Positions 39,265-52,264 of a stretch of DNA of 64,000 bases are shown one piece after another. The translations under genes were made by a program, and so were the position numbers. Position 1 is the first letter of the stretch; every line of letters starts with the position of its first letter. The stretch spans positions 23,064,001-23,128,000 of the forward strand of contig OX597820.1 in assembly GCA_951406725.2 (NCBI GenBank), in the 5' to 3' direction. The notes under the pieces were generated by a model that was not told the DNA's origin, made no database searches, and worked only from the letters and a program-made list of their open reading frames with translations. The stretch comes from Octopus vulgaris (lineage: Eukaryota).

Positions 39265-39670
39265 TTGACACCCATAAAATTATTAACCATCTTACTAACA
39301 ATAACTCTGAGCACCTTTTCAAACTCCACCTGTCTAACAACCCATGGACATGTTTACAAAGTCAGAAAACAGCACAGCTCCCATGACTTTCGGAAACATT
39401 TTTTCACGCTAAGAGTTACTGAAGCATGGAACAAACTGCCGGCATCAGTTGTTAGTTGTCAGAGCACTGCATCCTTCAAAACTTCCATGCTTTTTGAGAT
39501 TCGCCAACACTACACCTGATTTTCTCCCCTCCATACACACGCAAGCATGTATCTGACTCGTACACTGTTCACTTCCCAGACATTTGTATATTATTGCATT
39601 ATATTTATATGCACTTTTGACAAGTTGTGATGATGCACCTGAGCACTGTATACAATAATTTCATTATATA
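39265..39670 (+). mobile_element. 3' end of a CR1-group LINE
   Basis: HGHVYKVRKQHSSHDFRKHFFTLRVTEAWNKLPASVVSCQSTASFK matches the CR1-type ORF2 C-terminal motif (RGH.YKL...RK.FFS.RVV..WN.LP..VV...S...FK), followed by a short 3' UTR. Confidence 0.8.
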
Positions 39671-40577
39671 TTATATATAAATATATCTTGTTAGAATTTT
39701 TATTAGTTTTTAATACTTGACAATCAATGAAATATATAACATACAATTTGATGGGGTTGTGAAAAATACAATACTATCTACCTGAAAATAGAAATGAAAT
39801 GAGGGCATAGCATGTGCAAGATTATTCCGTTGATAAACCGATTAATTTCGATTTGAAATTGCGTGCGTCTAAACCTTTTCAAGGGAAGCAACTTTTACTT
39901 CTCAAATGCAGAAATTACATTGCAATTTTCATTTAGATATTTCACACCACGAAGATTTATCGTCAGCACTTTAATATAGTAAATTTGTGAATGAAAGCAT
40001 CATTAATGACAAGATTCCATTTGATCAATTATTGGTTTGCGACATTTCTGACAAGGGAGTTACTGTAACTCAATACAAAGGACATCTTTCAAAGAACATT
40101 GCCCTTTCACTGATGTTTACATTCCTTTACCAGCATTACATCAGTGAAAGCTACACAAAGGCACACACACACACACACACACACACTCATTTATTCATTC
40201 AACATCCATTTTCCATGCTAGCACAGGTTGAAAAGGGACCTATTTGCTGCAAGATTTCATGGCTAAATGCTCTTTCTGTTGCCAACATTTGTGTTTCGCA
40301 TGTAAGGAATTTTTCATTCCATAGGTCTTTGAAAGTGTAAAGCAGTCAGTCACAAGGAACCATCATTATTTTAATGTCCATTTTTCCATACTTGCATGGG
40401 TCAGACAGACTTTATTGAGGCAGACTTTTTCTATGGCCAGATGCCCTTCCCGTTTCCAAGCAAGGTATATTTTCACATAGCCAGACATATTTTCATGGAA
40501 GACTGGAAACAAACAACCTCACTTGTATGACAATGATACTCATTTACGGCATTCAGATGATGACTTGACATGGGTAA

Positions 40578-40806
40578 AGCACCATTCAAGCATGGTCAAT
40601 GCCAGTGCCGCCTGACTGGCCCTCGTACCGGTGGCTTATAAAAAGCACCTACTACACTCTGAGTAGTTGGCATTAGGAAAGACATCCAGCTGTAGAAACC
40701 TTGCCATATCAGATTGGAGCCTGGTACAGCCTACTGGCTTGCCAGTCCTCAGTCAAACCGCCCAGCACATGCCAGCATGGAAAGCAGACTTTAAATGATG
40801 ATGATG
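40578..40806 (+). mobile_element. Dispersed copy of the RTE 3' tail (intronic)
   Basis: Same motifs and (GAT)n tail. Confidence 0.8.
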
Positions 40807-41224
40807 AGAGAAGTAGATTGTGATGAACTTCTTTCAGTTTCTGCCTATCAAATCCATTCATAAGGCTTTTGTTAGCCTAGAGCTATTCTAGAAGACACAA
40901 CAGGCACACAAAAATGCTGAAAACAATCTCAAGATTCACAGAAATCTATGAAATGGTTACAGCCAGGTATTACAGAACAGCAAATGTTGTTTGTATGTGT
41001 ACTTTAATACATAATTTTAAAAACTAGATACTCAACTGATACTCCAGGAATTTTAATTTTACTTGTTCAAATGTTGCCATAGGAGATGCTAATTCCTTCC
41101 ATCTGGCTTCATATGGCAGTAATAACATTGGTAAACCTTTGTTAGCAGATTTCTACAAATTTACTCTCTCATTTTTATTTTTATTTTTTGAAATATTTCT
41201 TTATTTTTTCTTTCTTTTTTTCAG

Positions 41225-41810
41225 GCATTGTTATGACTTGACTCTGCTTCCAAGGAATCTGATGCCTTTTAATTTGGAATGTATCCATGGACTTCGAGCT
41301 CGAGTTATACGGTCACTTCATCATGCATATCCACCTCTCTTGAACAAGACCATCAAATTCTCTGTAGATGATATTCCAAACCAACTTGAAGGGCAACGAT
41401 GCATTCTTTTCTGGCAAACTCAAATGGCTGACAATCAAAGCTGGAATTTCTACTTTAAGTTCAAAAGGGACTCTACATTCTCAAACAAACTAAGCCATTC
41501 TCGTAAACGCAATGATTTCTTGAATGGCTATGATGACATGTTTCACAACCCTGAAAAAGATTGTACAGTACTTTTAGTAACTTGTAAGAACTATTCCTTT
41601 GTTCCTGTTGTCATGGGCTATGTACTAAACAAACTAAGTGTAGCGGTCAGCCAGACAATGCGCTATCATAGGATGAAACTTAGTTTCAACACTCGTTTTT
41701 TTAATAACAGCAATTCTTCAGGAGGTCCCGGAGAAGAAATGATCGTCTTAGATCCTGTGATGAGCTGGCAGTGTATGGGATGGTGGCATCGTAATTATCC
41801 CAGTGTGTGA
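41225..41810 (+). CDS. TMEM183A: TMEM183A-like protein, terminal coding exon D (HCYDLTLLP...LRARVIRSLHHAY...NPEKDC...VMG...MRYHRMKL...LDPV...WWHRNYPSV*)
   Basis: Long poly-T tract plus TCAG acceptor; phase 2 completes AG|G (Arg); TGA at 41808-41810. Several motifs match the recalled TMEM183A C-terminal half (LRACVIRSLY, NPDQDC, VMG, MRHHRVRL, LDPV, WWHPQYP). Confidence 0.93.
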
Positions 41811-41860
41811 AATCTGTTTTATTGGCCAAGGAACTCGTATCGTCTAAGAACATTATAGAA

Positions 41861-41873
41861 AATAAATAATAAA
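41861..41873 (+). promoter_or_regulatory. Candidate polyadenylation signals (two AATAAA) for the TMEM183A-like gene
   Basis: AATAAATAATAAA about 50 bp after the stop, followed by a GT-rich stretch. AATAAA is common in this AT-rich DNA. Confidence 0.35.
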
Positions 41874-42375
41874 TATTGTTGTGAAACTGTGAAACCCAAA
41901 GAAGCTATTTTTGATCTCTCTCTCTCTCTTTCTCTCTCTCAGCAAATAGTTGAGACACACTGTTCACAAGTTCAAATAAGCTTAGTTTGCCCTGAGGAAG
42001 AGGAGCAGTCTGACATCTTCAGGTAGGGCATTACATCAGAGGGTGAAAAATTACTGCAGATGCTAAATTAGATATAGTGCTGAGTATGTGGTGAAGTGGG
42101 GGCGGCGGGGGAAAAGAATTGGTTGCTATTATTGCATGAAGCGTAACATTGTTGTCATGTATGCTTCATGCAATAGCAGCAGCACATACGCTACTCGTTC
42201 AACTCATTCATCCGTTTATTCATATTTATGTCGATTTTTTCCATGCCAGAATGAGTTGGATGAATACATATCATCAAGGCATTGTTCTACAGCAGGATGC
42301 CCGTCCTGTTGTCAGCCCTTACTTATTTTACAAGTAAAGGGGTTTTTGTTTTTTGTTTTACCTTATTCCACACAC

Positions 42376-42470
42376 TCACATATATATATACACATATGCA
42401 TATATATATGTATACACATATACATATATATATATGTGCATATATATATGTATATATATATATGTATATA

Positions 42471-42532
<62 letters not shown>

Positions 42533-42677
42533 CATATATGTATAAGCATATATGTATAAGCATATATGTATAAGCATATATGTATAAGCATATATGTATA
42601 TGTATATATGTATATGTATATATGCATATATGTATATGTATATATGCATATATGTATGTATATATATATATATAAGC

Positions 42678-42718
<41 letters not shown>
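42376..42718. repeat. Compound (TA)n / TATG / ATAAGCATATATGT low-complexity tract
   Basis: Directly visible; source of several spurious YIYI ORFs. Confidence 0.97.
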
Positions 42719-42719
<1 letters not shown>

Positions 42720-43890
42720 GTGATGGGCTTCCATACAGTTTCTGTCTACCAATTCCACTCACCAGGCATTCGTCGGCTCGAGACTATTATAGAATATACT
42801 TGCCCAGGTTGCTACATGGTGTGATTGATCTCAAAACCACATGGTCTCATAGTGAACTCCGCCTCCATACAGCCAAACATCTGCACCCGCATATATTTAA
42901 CTTGGTATTGGTATTTTAGTTCTTGTCCCTCTGATGAAAAAACTCTGCCCTGAAATGCGAAAGACCCTTCCCCACGTCTTTTCTTCACAGCAATCTTCTA
43001 TCTTCTTGTATTTTGTGAACAGTTTATTATTGGCAGTACAACTATTACTTATATAGAATTAATTAAAAGCCTCTTTAAATCATACAGGCAATTAATGTGA
43101 CAGTTAACTATTTAAGGGTCTTAAAGGAGCATAACTAATAGGTAACTGCAATAGAAAATGAGCTGTGTAAATGTTATTACAGCAATAAAATTAGTTATAA
43201 AAATAATAAGATCAATAATAATGACTACAATATCAATGGTAATAAGTTATACTAAACAATTTATATGATTATACAATATTTTCAAATAAACATGAGTTTC
43301 GCCAATGTGACCATATGGACTTCAACTTTCAGAGCCATTTTAGGCTTAAATTATTATTATTATTATTATTATTATTAATCCACTTGTGTTGTTGTTTTGT
43401 TGTTTTTTTCTACTCACTAATATTTACTATTTACTAATTTGATTCTGCTTGCTTTCTTTATTTGTTCCTTAAACCATCGAATTATTTTACTGAGGTACCG
43501 AGTTTTGAACTATAAAACTTACCCTTAATTTAATCATTAAGGGCATTAAGGGCATCTGGTAAGTTGTATCATATAAACTTCAGTCATCTTAACAAACGGT
43601 AATACTAAAGACTCCTGGTTATTTTTGCTGTGTCTGTCTTAATTAACCTCTAGAAAGGGTTTTTTTTTAGACTGGTGGGTGTTTCTTTAGGAGTGCAAAA
43701 TGCTTGAAAGTAAGATATATTCTAAAAATAGTGTTATCTAACAATTCTGGTGATTAAAAAAACGTTTATTTTTGTGTGAATGAACGTGGCATGTGTGCAC
43801 ATAGCCACACATTTTTACATAAACAGTTTTCTATTTAACACTAGTTTGTGTATGTGTATGTATGTATATATATGTATGTGTGTGTGTATA

Positions 43891-43941
<51 letters not shown>

Positions 43942-44057
43942 CAGTAGGAACCATGCCAAAGCAGACATTGGTGTTTGATGCAGCTCTCTGGCTCATCAGT
44001 TTGTGTTGAACCATCCAACCCATGCTAGCATGGAAAAAGGAATGTTAAATGATGAGG

Positions 44058-44091
<34 letters not shown>

Positions 44092-44146
44092 GGATATATG
44101 TGTGTATGCTTATATACACATAGACACAGACATAAATATACATGGA

Positions 44147-44199
<53 letters not shown>

Positions 44200-44872
44200 T
44201 ATTTTTTGTATTAACAGAATTTTGTCATAACCCTTCAACGTAGCTACATCCAGAAATACATTTATATATTAATAGTTTACAACATTTTTTCCCCCTAAAT
44301 GATAAGTGTTATTTTGGACAAAGGCAACAGAAACCTTGGAACAGGTGATAGAAGTATAATGAAAGTCTTTGCTAGCTTAAGAAAAGAATAATAATTATTC
44401 AAAAGCACACTTTCTAAAACAATACTTCTTACAAACTCATGGTAAACAATTAAAACAGAAATCTCTTTCAAGGAACTGCATTCTTCCCCAAAAAACATGG
44501 CAGTTATCAACTATTCTCAATGTAATATGTCCACTTGAACTTGTAACTTACTGGGTGAAACTTGGGCTCATACAAACATTAAGCAGAATCTGAACATCAC
44601 AATAATAATAATAATAGTTTTGGTGGGAATGTTCAAGAAACAGGCAGGCAAATACAGAACAAAAATCTCAGGATTTACAAATATGCATGACCTACAGAAA
44701 ATGACATTGCTAGGCACCACACACACACATTACATAGAGCATTTTCAATGAAGGAAGGTATAATAAAAACAAGACAAAACACTTCAAACATCCAAGGCAA
44801 ACAGAATGCTCTCTGAAGTGCAGTGAAAGCAGACAATAAAAGCAAGACTACTGGGGAAAGTAAAAATAATTA

Positions 44873-45250
44873 TAGGAGTGACTGTGTGGTAAGTAGCTTG
44901 CTTTCGAACCACATGGTTCCGGGTTCAGTCCCACTGCATGGCACCTTGGGCAAGTGTCTTCTACTATAGCCTCAGGCCAACCAAAACCTTGTGAGTGGGT
45001 TTAGTAGACGGAAACTGAAAGAAGCCCGTCGTATATATGTGTGTATATATATATATGTGTTTGTCCCCCCGAACATCGCTTGACAACCGATGCTGGTGTG
45101 TTTACATCCCTGTAACTTAGTGGTTAGGCAAAATAGACCGATAGAATAAGTACTAGGCTTACAAAGAATAAGTCCTGGGGCCGATTTGCTCGACTAAAGG
45201 CGATGCTCCAGCATGGCCACAGTCAAATGACTGAAACAAGTAAAAGAGTA
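44873..45250 (+). mobile_element. SINE family A: tRNA-derived head, CORE-like domain, internal (TA)n and AAAAGAGT tail (representative copy)
   Basis: A box TGRCTGTGTGG, B box GGTTCAGTCC, GGCACCTTGGGCAAGTGTCTT (CORE-like). Other copies: 12770-13162(-), 13665-14055(+), 25253-25700(+), 26655-27017(-), 30904-31304(+), 45932-46350(+), 46692-47085(+), 55770-56185(-), plus many fragments. Confidence 0.88.
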
Positions 45251-45931
45251 TAGTAATGGTTTCAAATTTTGGTACATAACAAGCAATTTTAGATGAAAGA
45301 GTAAGTCAATTATGTCGACCCTCATCCTAAACTGGTACTTATTTTATCAATTCCCGAAATGATGAAAGGAAAAGTCAACCTCAGCAGTATTTGAACTCAG
45401 AATGTAAAGATCTTGGAAAAAACACCACTAAGTGTTTTGTCCAGTGCAGTAACAATTCTGCCAGCTTGCTATGTTAATAATAATAATAACAATAATGGTT
45501 ATTTCTGACCTATGCCTTATTTTGGGAGCCTGGTGTATTTGATTATATCAACTCCAGTACTTCACTAACTCCCTTTAAAAATTGAAGGGCAAAACTCGCT
45601 TTGACAGTATTTGAATGCAGAACATAAAGGAGGCATTTCTAATTTAGGCATAAGAGCAACAATTTGTTAGGGGTTAGTCAATACCATCAATCCTGGTACT
45701 TAATTAGTATTTTATTTCGGTAGTTCAGGAAAGATAGAAGGCGAAGTTGATCCAAGCAGAATTTGAACTCAGAACATAAGGATCTGGAACAAATTCTGTG
45801 TCATCTTTTCCAACGCTCTGTCCATCCATCTATTCATTTTCTCCTCTCACTCCTCCCGAGAGAGTCATTGGGGTAGAGTTCTGAGGCACCTCCTCCTATA
45901 GGATCCTTTCAGAAGCAACTGTCATTAGTCA

Positions 45932-46350
45932 TAGGCATAGGAGTGGCTGTGTGGTAAGTAGCTGCTTACGAACCACATGGTTCCAGGTTCAGTCGCACTG
46001 TATGGCACCTTGGCCAATTGTCTTCTACTATAGCCTCAGGCTGACCAAAGCCTTGTGAGTGGATTTGATAGATGGAAACTGAAAGAAACCCATCGTATAT
46101 GTATGTATACATATATATATGTATGTGTGTGTATATGTTTGTGTGTCTGTACTTGTCCCCACCAACATCGCTTGACAACCAATGCTGGTGTGTTTACGTC
46201 CCCGTAATTTAGCGGTTCGGCAAAAGAGACCGATAGAATAAGTACTAGGCTTACAAAGAATGAGTCCTATGGTCAATTTGCTCAACTAAAGGCGGTGCTC
46301 CAGCATGGCCACAGTCAAATGACTGAAACAAGTAAAAGAGTAAAAGAGAC
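45932..46350 (+). mobile_element. SINE family A copy
   Basis: Colinear with 44873-45250. Confidence 0.88.
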
Positions 46351-46691
46351 TCTATGGCTGGATTCCTAGGCATAACCAACTGACACTGATTATCCAGTCA
46401 CTTTGTTCTTGGTCCACCTCTAAGTCTGCCGTTGGTTGGCTTGACTTGAACAATCTGTTTTGTGATTATCACCTGCAACATTCTAATTGCACGTCCATAG
46501 TACCAGAGCTGTAACTTCTTCATTCAGAGAAGTAGCTATGAACTCTTTAACTATTCTCAATTTGTGCCTATATTAAATTATTGACAAATATAACTCTTCC
46601 TGAATTGCATAATTGGAATTTTTAAAGAGTTGTTTTGTTTTTAGAAATTTAAGCATAATAATCAAAAATATTAATATTTAGTTCCTAACAT

Positions 46692-47085
46692 GGTTATGGC
46701 TGTGTGGTAAGTTTGCTTTCCAACCACATGGTTCCGGGTTCAGTCCCACTGTGTGGCACCTTGGCCAAGTGTCTTCTACTATAGCCTCGAGCCGACCAAA
46801 GCCTTGTGAGTGGATTTGGTAGATGGAAACTGAAAGAAGCCCATCGTATATATGTATATATATATATCTGTGTGTGTATACATTTGTGTGTCTGTTTGTT
46901 CCCCCAACATCGCTTGACAACCAATGCTGGTGTGTTTACATCCCCATAACTTAGCGGTTTGGCAAAAGAGACCGATAGAATATGTACTAGGCTTACAAAG
47001 AATAAGTCCTAGGGTCGATTTGCTCGACTAAAGGCGGTGCTCCAGCATGGCCGCAGTCAAATGACTGCAACAAGTAAAAGAGCAA
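46692..47085 (+). mobile_element. SINE family A copy
   Basis: Colinear with 44873-45250. Confidence 0.88.
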
Positions 47086-48313
47086 AATACCCTAAACACC
47101 AAGCCATGCGCCTCCACTGTAGAAGTATTACCAGTTTATTGCACATAATTTTTAACCACAAAATCTTATGGACGCACAAGGGTCTCATCAATCGAGAACC
47201 ACAGGGCTAAACCTTTCAAAGCAGTGCCCTGGCATGGCTGCAGTCCAATGACTGAAACCTGTAAAAACAAAATGAAAAAGAAATATAGACAGAAGAGTTC
47301 ATTAAAAACACTTTTTTAAAAAATGCATTCTGGTTCTTTGGTTTTCTTGGTAATTAAGACTTACATAGTATATAAAGATGTATAAACATATTTATTAAGC
47401 GTAGTATAGCTAATAATGAAGCTAATGACACCAATGTTCTTTTAATGAGATTTTCATTTTAACGATAAGTGATGAGAAAATAGAACCTGATAAAAATTGA
47501 CTGACAATGATAATGCTGAGTATGTTAAGAAGAAAAGAGCAAATAATGAAGAACATCAAGTGAAAGATAGATGATGACAGTAATACTAACACTGACAATA
47601 TGGATGACGATTATGATGATAATAATAATAATTATAATAAGGCTTAATTAGATAATGATAGCTATAAAATTTTGTTATTTTTATTGTCAGAGGTAATAGC
47701 TTTTTAACTATGGCAACTATGTTGATTATGATGAATCTGTTAAAAAGTAATTTAGTAATTGTAAAAAAGGAAATCAAAAAAAAAAATTTATTATTATCCT
47801 GATTATTTCAGGTGGCTAATTGTTTCAGGAAAATTCCAAAATAATAATAATAATAATAATAATCATTTCAAAACCATAACTTATTTGACAAATTTTTAAA
47901 TATTTTTTTTTCCTTTTTAAAAATTTTTTGTTGGTAATTAAATTGGTTTAATTCGTTTAATGATCTCTCTGTTCCCTACTCTCACCCCATTCCACATTCT
48001 TCATTGTTCAATATTTTAAAGGTCATCCTTGTTTTTTTTGTTTTGTTTTTTCTTTCTTTCATATAAGCACAACACTTTCAGAGTTATCATTGGATTGAAA
48101 GATGGATAGGCCTGTCTAATAGTTCATTGATTTCAGCTTTTTTGTATTTATATACATACGTATGTATATGTGTATACATGCTTATTGTATGTGATTGCAA
48201 AGTCATACATACAGGTTGAATGCAGTCAGTATTACGCATTTATTAAAAGACAAAAACTTGAGAAAAAATTCACTATATGCATTTTTTATGCATGTATATA
48301 TATATGGAGGTGC

Positions 48314-48655
48314 CTGCCTCAGTAAAGCTGGACTCAAGAGTTATCTTCGTAATCATAAAACAAGACAGATGAGTGACAACCTGGCCACTGGTGGTGGTGT
48401 AACACACCATACTAATCATATCTGTCGGGCATGTGGAAGAGAGTGTAATTCGACAGGAGGACTTAAACGACATGCAATGGTACATGAAGTCCGGTTACAA
48501 CTACAGCCGACTATTACCAGTAAAGGTTTTAGTTGCCAATTCTGTACAAGATATTGTAGATCTTTGGCTGGGCTAAAACGTCATATTCGATCACAGCACC
48601 AGTAACAGTTAAGCTTCGTGCAATGGCCATACTCGATAACGTGGGGGCAGCCATA
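48314..48655 (+). mobile_element. 5'-truncated LINE 3' end (probably RTE clade) encoding C-terminal C2H2 zinc fingers, with a 12-bp TSD
   Basis: CRACGRECNSTGGLKRHAMVH and CQFCTRYCRSLAGLKRHIRSQH without TGEKP linkers; short 3' UTR; direct repeat ATATGGAGGTGC at 48302-48313 and 48656-48667. Confidence 0.8.
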
Positions 48656-51600
48656 ATATGGAGGTGCACTGGCCCAGTGGTTAGGGCAGCGGACTCGCGG
48701 TCGGAGGATCGTGGTTTCGATTCCCAGACCAGGCATGTGTGTGTTTATTGAGCGAAAACACCTAAAAGCCCCACATGTGTATGTGTGTCTGCATGATTTG
48801 CAGTTAGAAGTATCTGCTTGGATTCCACTGTGGTACTTAGCTGTAATATCAAGACCTCTTATTGCAAAAAAATATATTTTGCCCACTAAAATATCAATTC
48901 TTTAATGTGACTGTTAATGAAAATTTCTTGTTACTTACATAATTAACTATCCAGTCACAGTATTTCACTTATGTATAGAACTACAGTTGTGAAGGCACAC
49001 GGCTTAGTGATTGGGGTATTCAACTGACCAATGCTGTGTGAGTGAATTTGGTAAATGGAAGCTGTGGAAGTTCGCTGTATATATATATATATATATTTAT
49101 ACTTGTGTTTTGTTGTTTGTTCCCACCACCACTTGGCAACAGGCATTGGTCTGTTTACATCTCCATAACCTAGTGGTTTGGCAAAACAGATCAAGTGAAT
49201 AAGTTTCAGGTTTAAAAGATAAGTTCTAAGGTTGATTTGTCTGACTAAACCTTGCAAGGCAGTGTCCCAGCATGGCTGCAGTCCAATGACTGAAACAAGT
49301 AATAAAAGAGGAAAAATGAAATGGATCAAATTGAACAAGTAAAGAGGATGCCATTACTGTGAAACAGTGGAAGATAGACAGCCATGGGCCATGCATGTCC
49401 ATGAAGAGACCTTTGAGTGGAGGCCAGAAAGGAATAAAGGTAAGGCATATCTGTCGAGTAGAAGCACATGGCTTAGTGGTTAAGGTGTTGGATTCGTGAT
49501 TGTAAGATTGTGGTTTCAATTCCTGGACCAGGTGGTACCTTGTGTTCTTGAGCAAAACACTTCATTTCACATTGCTCCAGTCCACTCAGTGTGGCTTAGT
49601 GGTTAGGGAGTTAGCCTCGTGATTATAAGATTGTGGTTTCAATTCCTGGACCAGGCGATGCATTGTGTTCTTGAGCAAAACACTTCATTGCATGTAGCTC
49701 TAGTCTGCTCTGCTGGCAAAAATGAGTAACCCTGCAACGAACCAGCATCTTGTCCAGTGGGGAATATTGAGACGCCCTTCAGTCATGACTGACCATGGGA
49801 TTGCACCTAGAAGGTCACCCTCCCAGGCACAAGCCCGGGCAAGGTTTTTTATGGAAGACCAGCAGTCGCCCATGCATACCGGCCTCCCTTCTCCACACCA
49901 CCAGTGTTATCCAAGGAAAACAGATACAGCTTGGCACCTGTGACATCGCAACTCATTTCTACAGCTGAGTGAACTGGAGTAATGTAAAATAAAGTGTCTT
50001 ACTCAAGAATACAACATGCAGCCTGGTCCGGGATTCGAACTCACAACCTCATGATCATAAGCTCAATGCTCTAACCACTGAGCCATGCGCCTTCACGGTG
50101 AGGAATATATATGCCAGAGGAACCAGGAAACCAGCTTTATGAGTCTATATGACTCAGGAAGGAACGAGATCTGTCAAGGATTGATTAATGATTACAGAGA
50201 AGGACTTCGCAGATATGGGCCTGGCCTCACCAGGAAGCAAATTCATGACAATTCTTGCACCATGCTGGGTGAAGATCTATCATCATCCAATGCTCCAAAA
50301 GCACTAAGTCAGCATACAATACACACACATGCATCCTACATACACATACAAATACAGTCGTACAAACACATTCCAACATGCAGTGTCACTAAAGTACAAA
50401 AGCTAACATATCCAGTCATGTATAAACACACACACACACACACACAATATGTTTAGCCCCTTGTGGACAATAAAGAATTAAGAAACATTAGCACACTGGG
50501 CGAAATGCTTAGTGTTATTTCGCCTATCTTTACGTTCTGAGGTCGACTTTGCCTTTCATCTTTTTGGGGTCGATAAATTAAGTACCAGTTGCGTACTGGG
50601 GTCAATCTAACTGACTCCCCTCACACACACACATACACACACACACCTCTGCAAAAATTTCAGGCCTTGTACCTAGAGTAGAAAAGATTATGAAATGTGA
50701 TAAGGTGGCAAGCTGGCAGAATCGTTAGCAAATCAGACAAAACACTAAGCAGTATTTCTGCCAGCTTTATATTCTGAGTTCAAATTTCACTGAGTTTGAC
50801 TGTGCCTTTCATCCTTTCAGGATTAATGAAACTAGTACCAGTCAAGTACTGGGGTTGATGAGATCAACAAGCCACCTCCCCCAAAATTCCTGGCCTTGTG
50901 CCTATAGGAAAAAGGATTATTATGAAATGTGATACTTGAATAATTTTACTTGTTAACAATCAAATTTCAAATTTAGAGGGAATTTGAAGGAAAAAGGGGT
51001 TGGTTTTAGTTATTTATTTTCTTTTTATTATAATTTTCTATATTGCTATCATTCCTGGCCATCTATCAATCCTTTACCCAATCACATGTTTATGGGGGGA
51101 AAAATAACCCAAAATTTTAAATTTCTGATGCCCTTTTTCAGATTTCATCAATCTCCCATTTGGTTCTGTAGCATGTTTTATTAATTATTCTCTTTCATGT
51201 TATTGCAATTTTTCATTAAAAAAACATTGGAACTTTATATATTTTTCTTCTTTTATTTCTTCTATAAAATCTCTCTTTCTCTCTCTCTCTCTCTATTTAT
51301 CTGTTTGTCTATCTATCTGTCTGTTTGCCTGTCTGTCTGTCTTTAGATAGCTATCATTTATTTCTCCCCACTTTTTAAAATCTGCTCTTTAAGTCAGTAT
51401 CTTCCTCTTCAATTTTCTTCTCTTTTACTCTTTTCTAATTTCTCCTTCTCTGTTGTACTCAGCCCCTCTCTTTAAATATCTTTCAATCTCTTCTCCCCCA
51501 CCTCTCTCTCTCTCTTACTCACCGTCTCTCTCTCCACACACACACATACTTTTAAATCACATAGCTTCAGGTTGAGTTTCACTTGGGCAAGTGCCTTCTG

Positions 51601-52264
51601 TTACAGCCATGGGCTGACCAATGTCTTTTGAGTGAATTTTTTAGACAAAAACTGTTGAATCCCTTTGTGTGTATAAATATATAATAGAAACCAAAGGGGT
51701 CCACAGGAAAAAAATGGCTGAGAACCATTGATTGAAACACTCAAACATTATCGCTTCCTTTCCAAGTCTTGTAGCGTTTCACAGGGAACTTTTGGTCCTC
51801 CAAAGTTGTCTTGGTGTATAAATCAACCTACCTCTTTCTTTTGGCTGTAAATTTAGGTCTGGAAACTTTGACTTGTCTGCCAGAAAATATGGCGTTTATG
51901 CCATAGATTTAAACATCCCACATTTTAGTTTCATTAACTCTCCTTACTCATTCAGGTAGATAATGTTGTGCACAAATAACACCTTGACTAGTATTGTAGA
52001 TACATCAACTTATGAAAGACATAGTGTTAAGTGTGAGCTGACAGGGGTGCTTGTACATGGTTGCTCAACATGCAAGAAGAAACAGCCAAATTGCTATCAA
52101 ATTACTCAAGATATGAACTAATAGTTAATGGTGAAAGCAAAATACTTCTATATTACTCCAGTTACCCAACCTATTGATTCTACTTTACCTCATTTCATCT
52201 AAGTGAAGGTGGTTATTAATTCAATGTGATTTAATCACCCAACTACAGGCAGTCATTGTACACT

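Noticed and set aside
41139-41224. Hydrophobic N-terminus of the 223-aa ORF as a signal or TM segment
   Set aside because: It is the translated polypyrimidine tract of the intron; the exon starts at 41225.
42088-42919. Cluster of overlapping ORFs rich in Y/I/H/M
   Set aside because: They are translations of the (TA)n/TATG microsatellite tract.
42921-42970. CTGATGA...GAAA hammerhead candidate downstream of the gene
   Set aside because: The intervening sequence (AAAAACTCTGCCCT) cannot form stem II, and stems I/III are unconvincing. At most a decayed relic.
48195-48605. Host C2H2 zinc-finger gene
   Set aside because: The finger-coding part is bounded by a 12-bp TSD, lacks TGEKP linkers and ends in a LINE-like 3' UTR. 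The ORF's N-terminus is unrelated flank.
51770-51960. Possible decayed LINE RT fragment (SVSQGT..GP-like)
   Set aside because: Only one weak motif; not supportable by eye.
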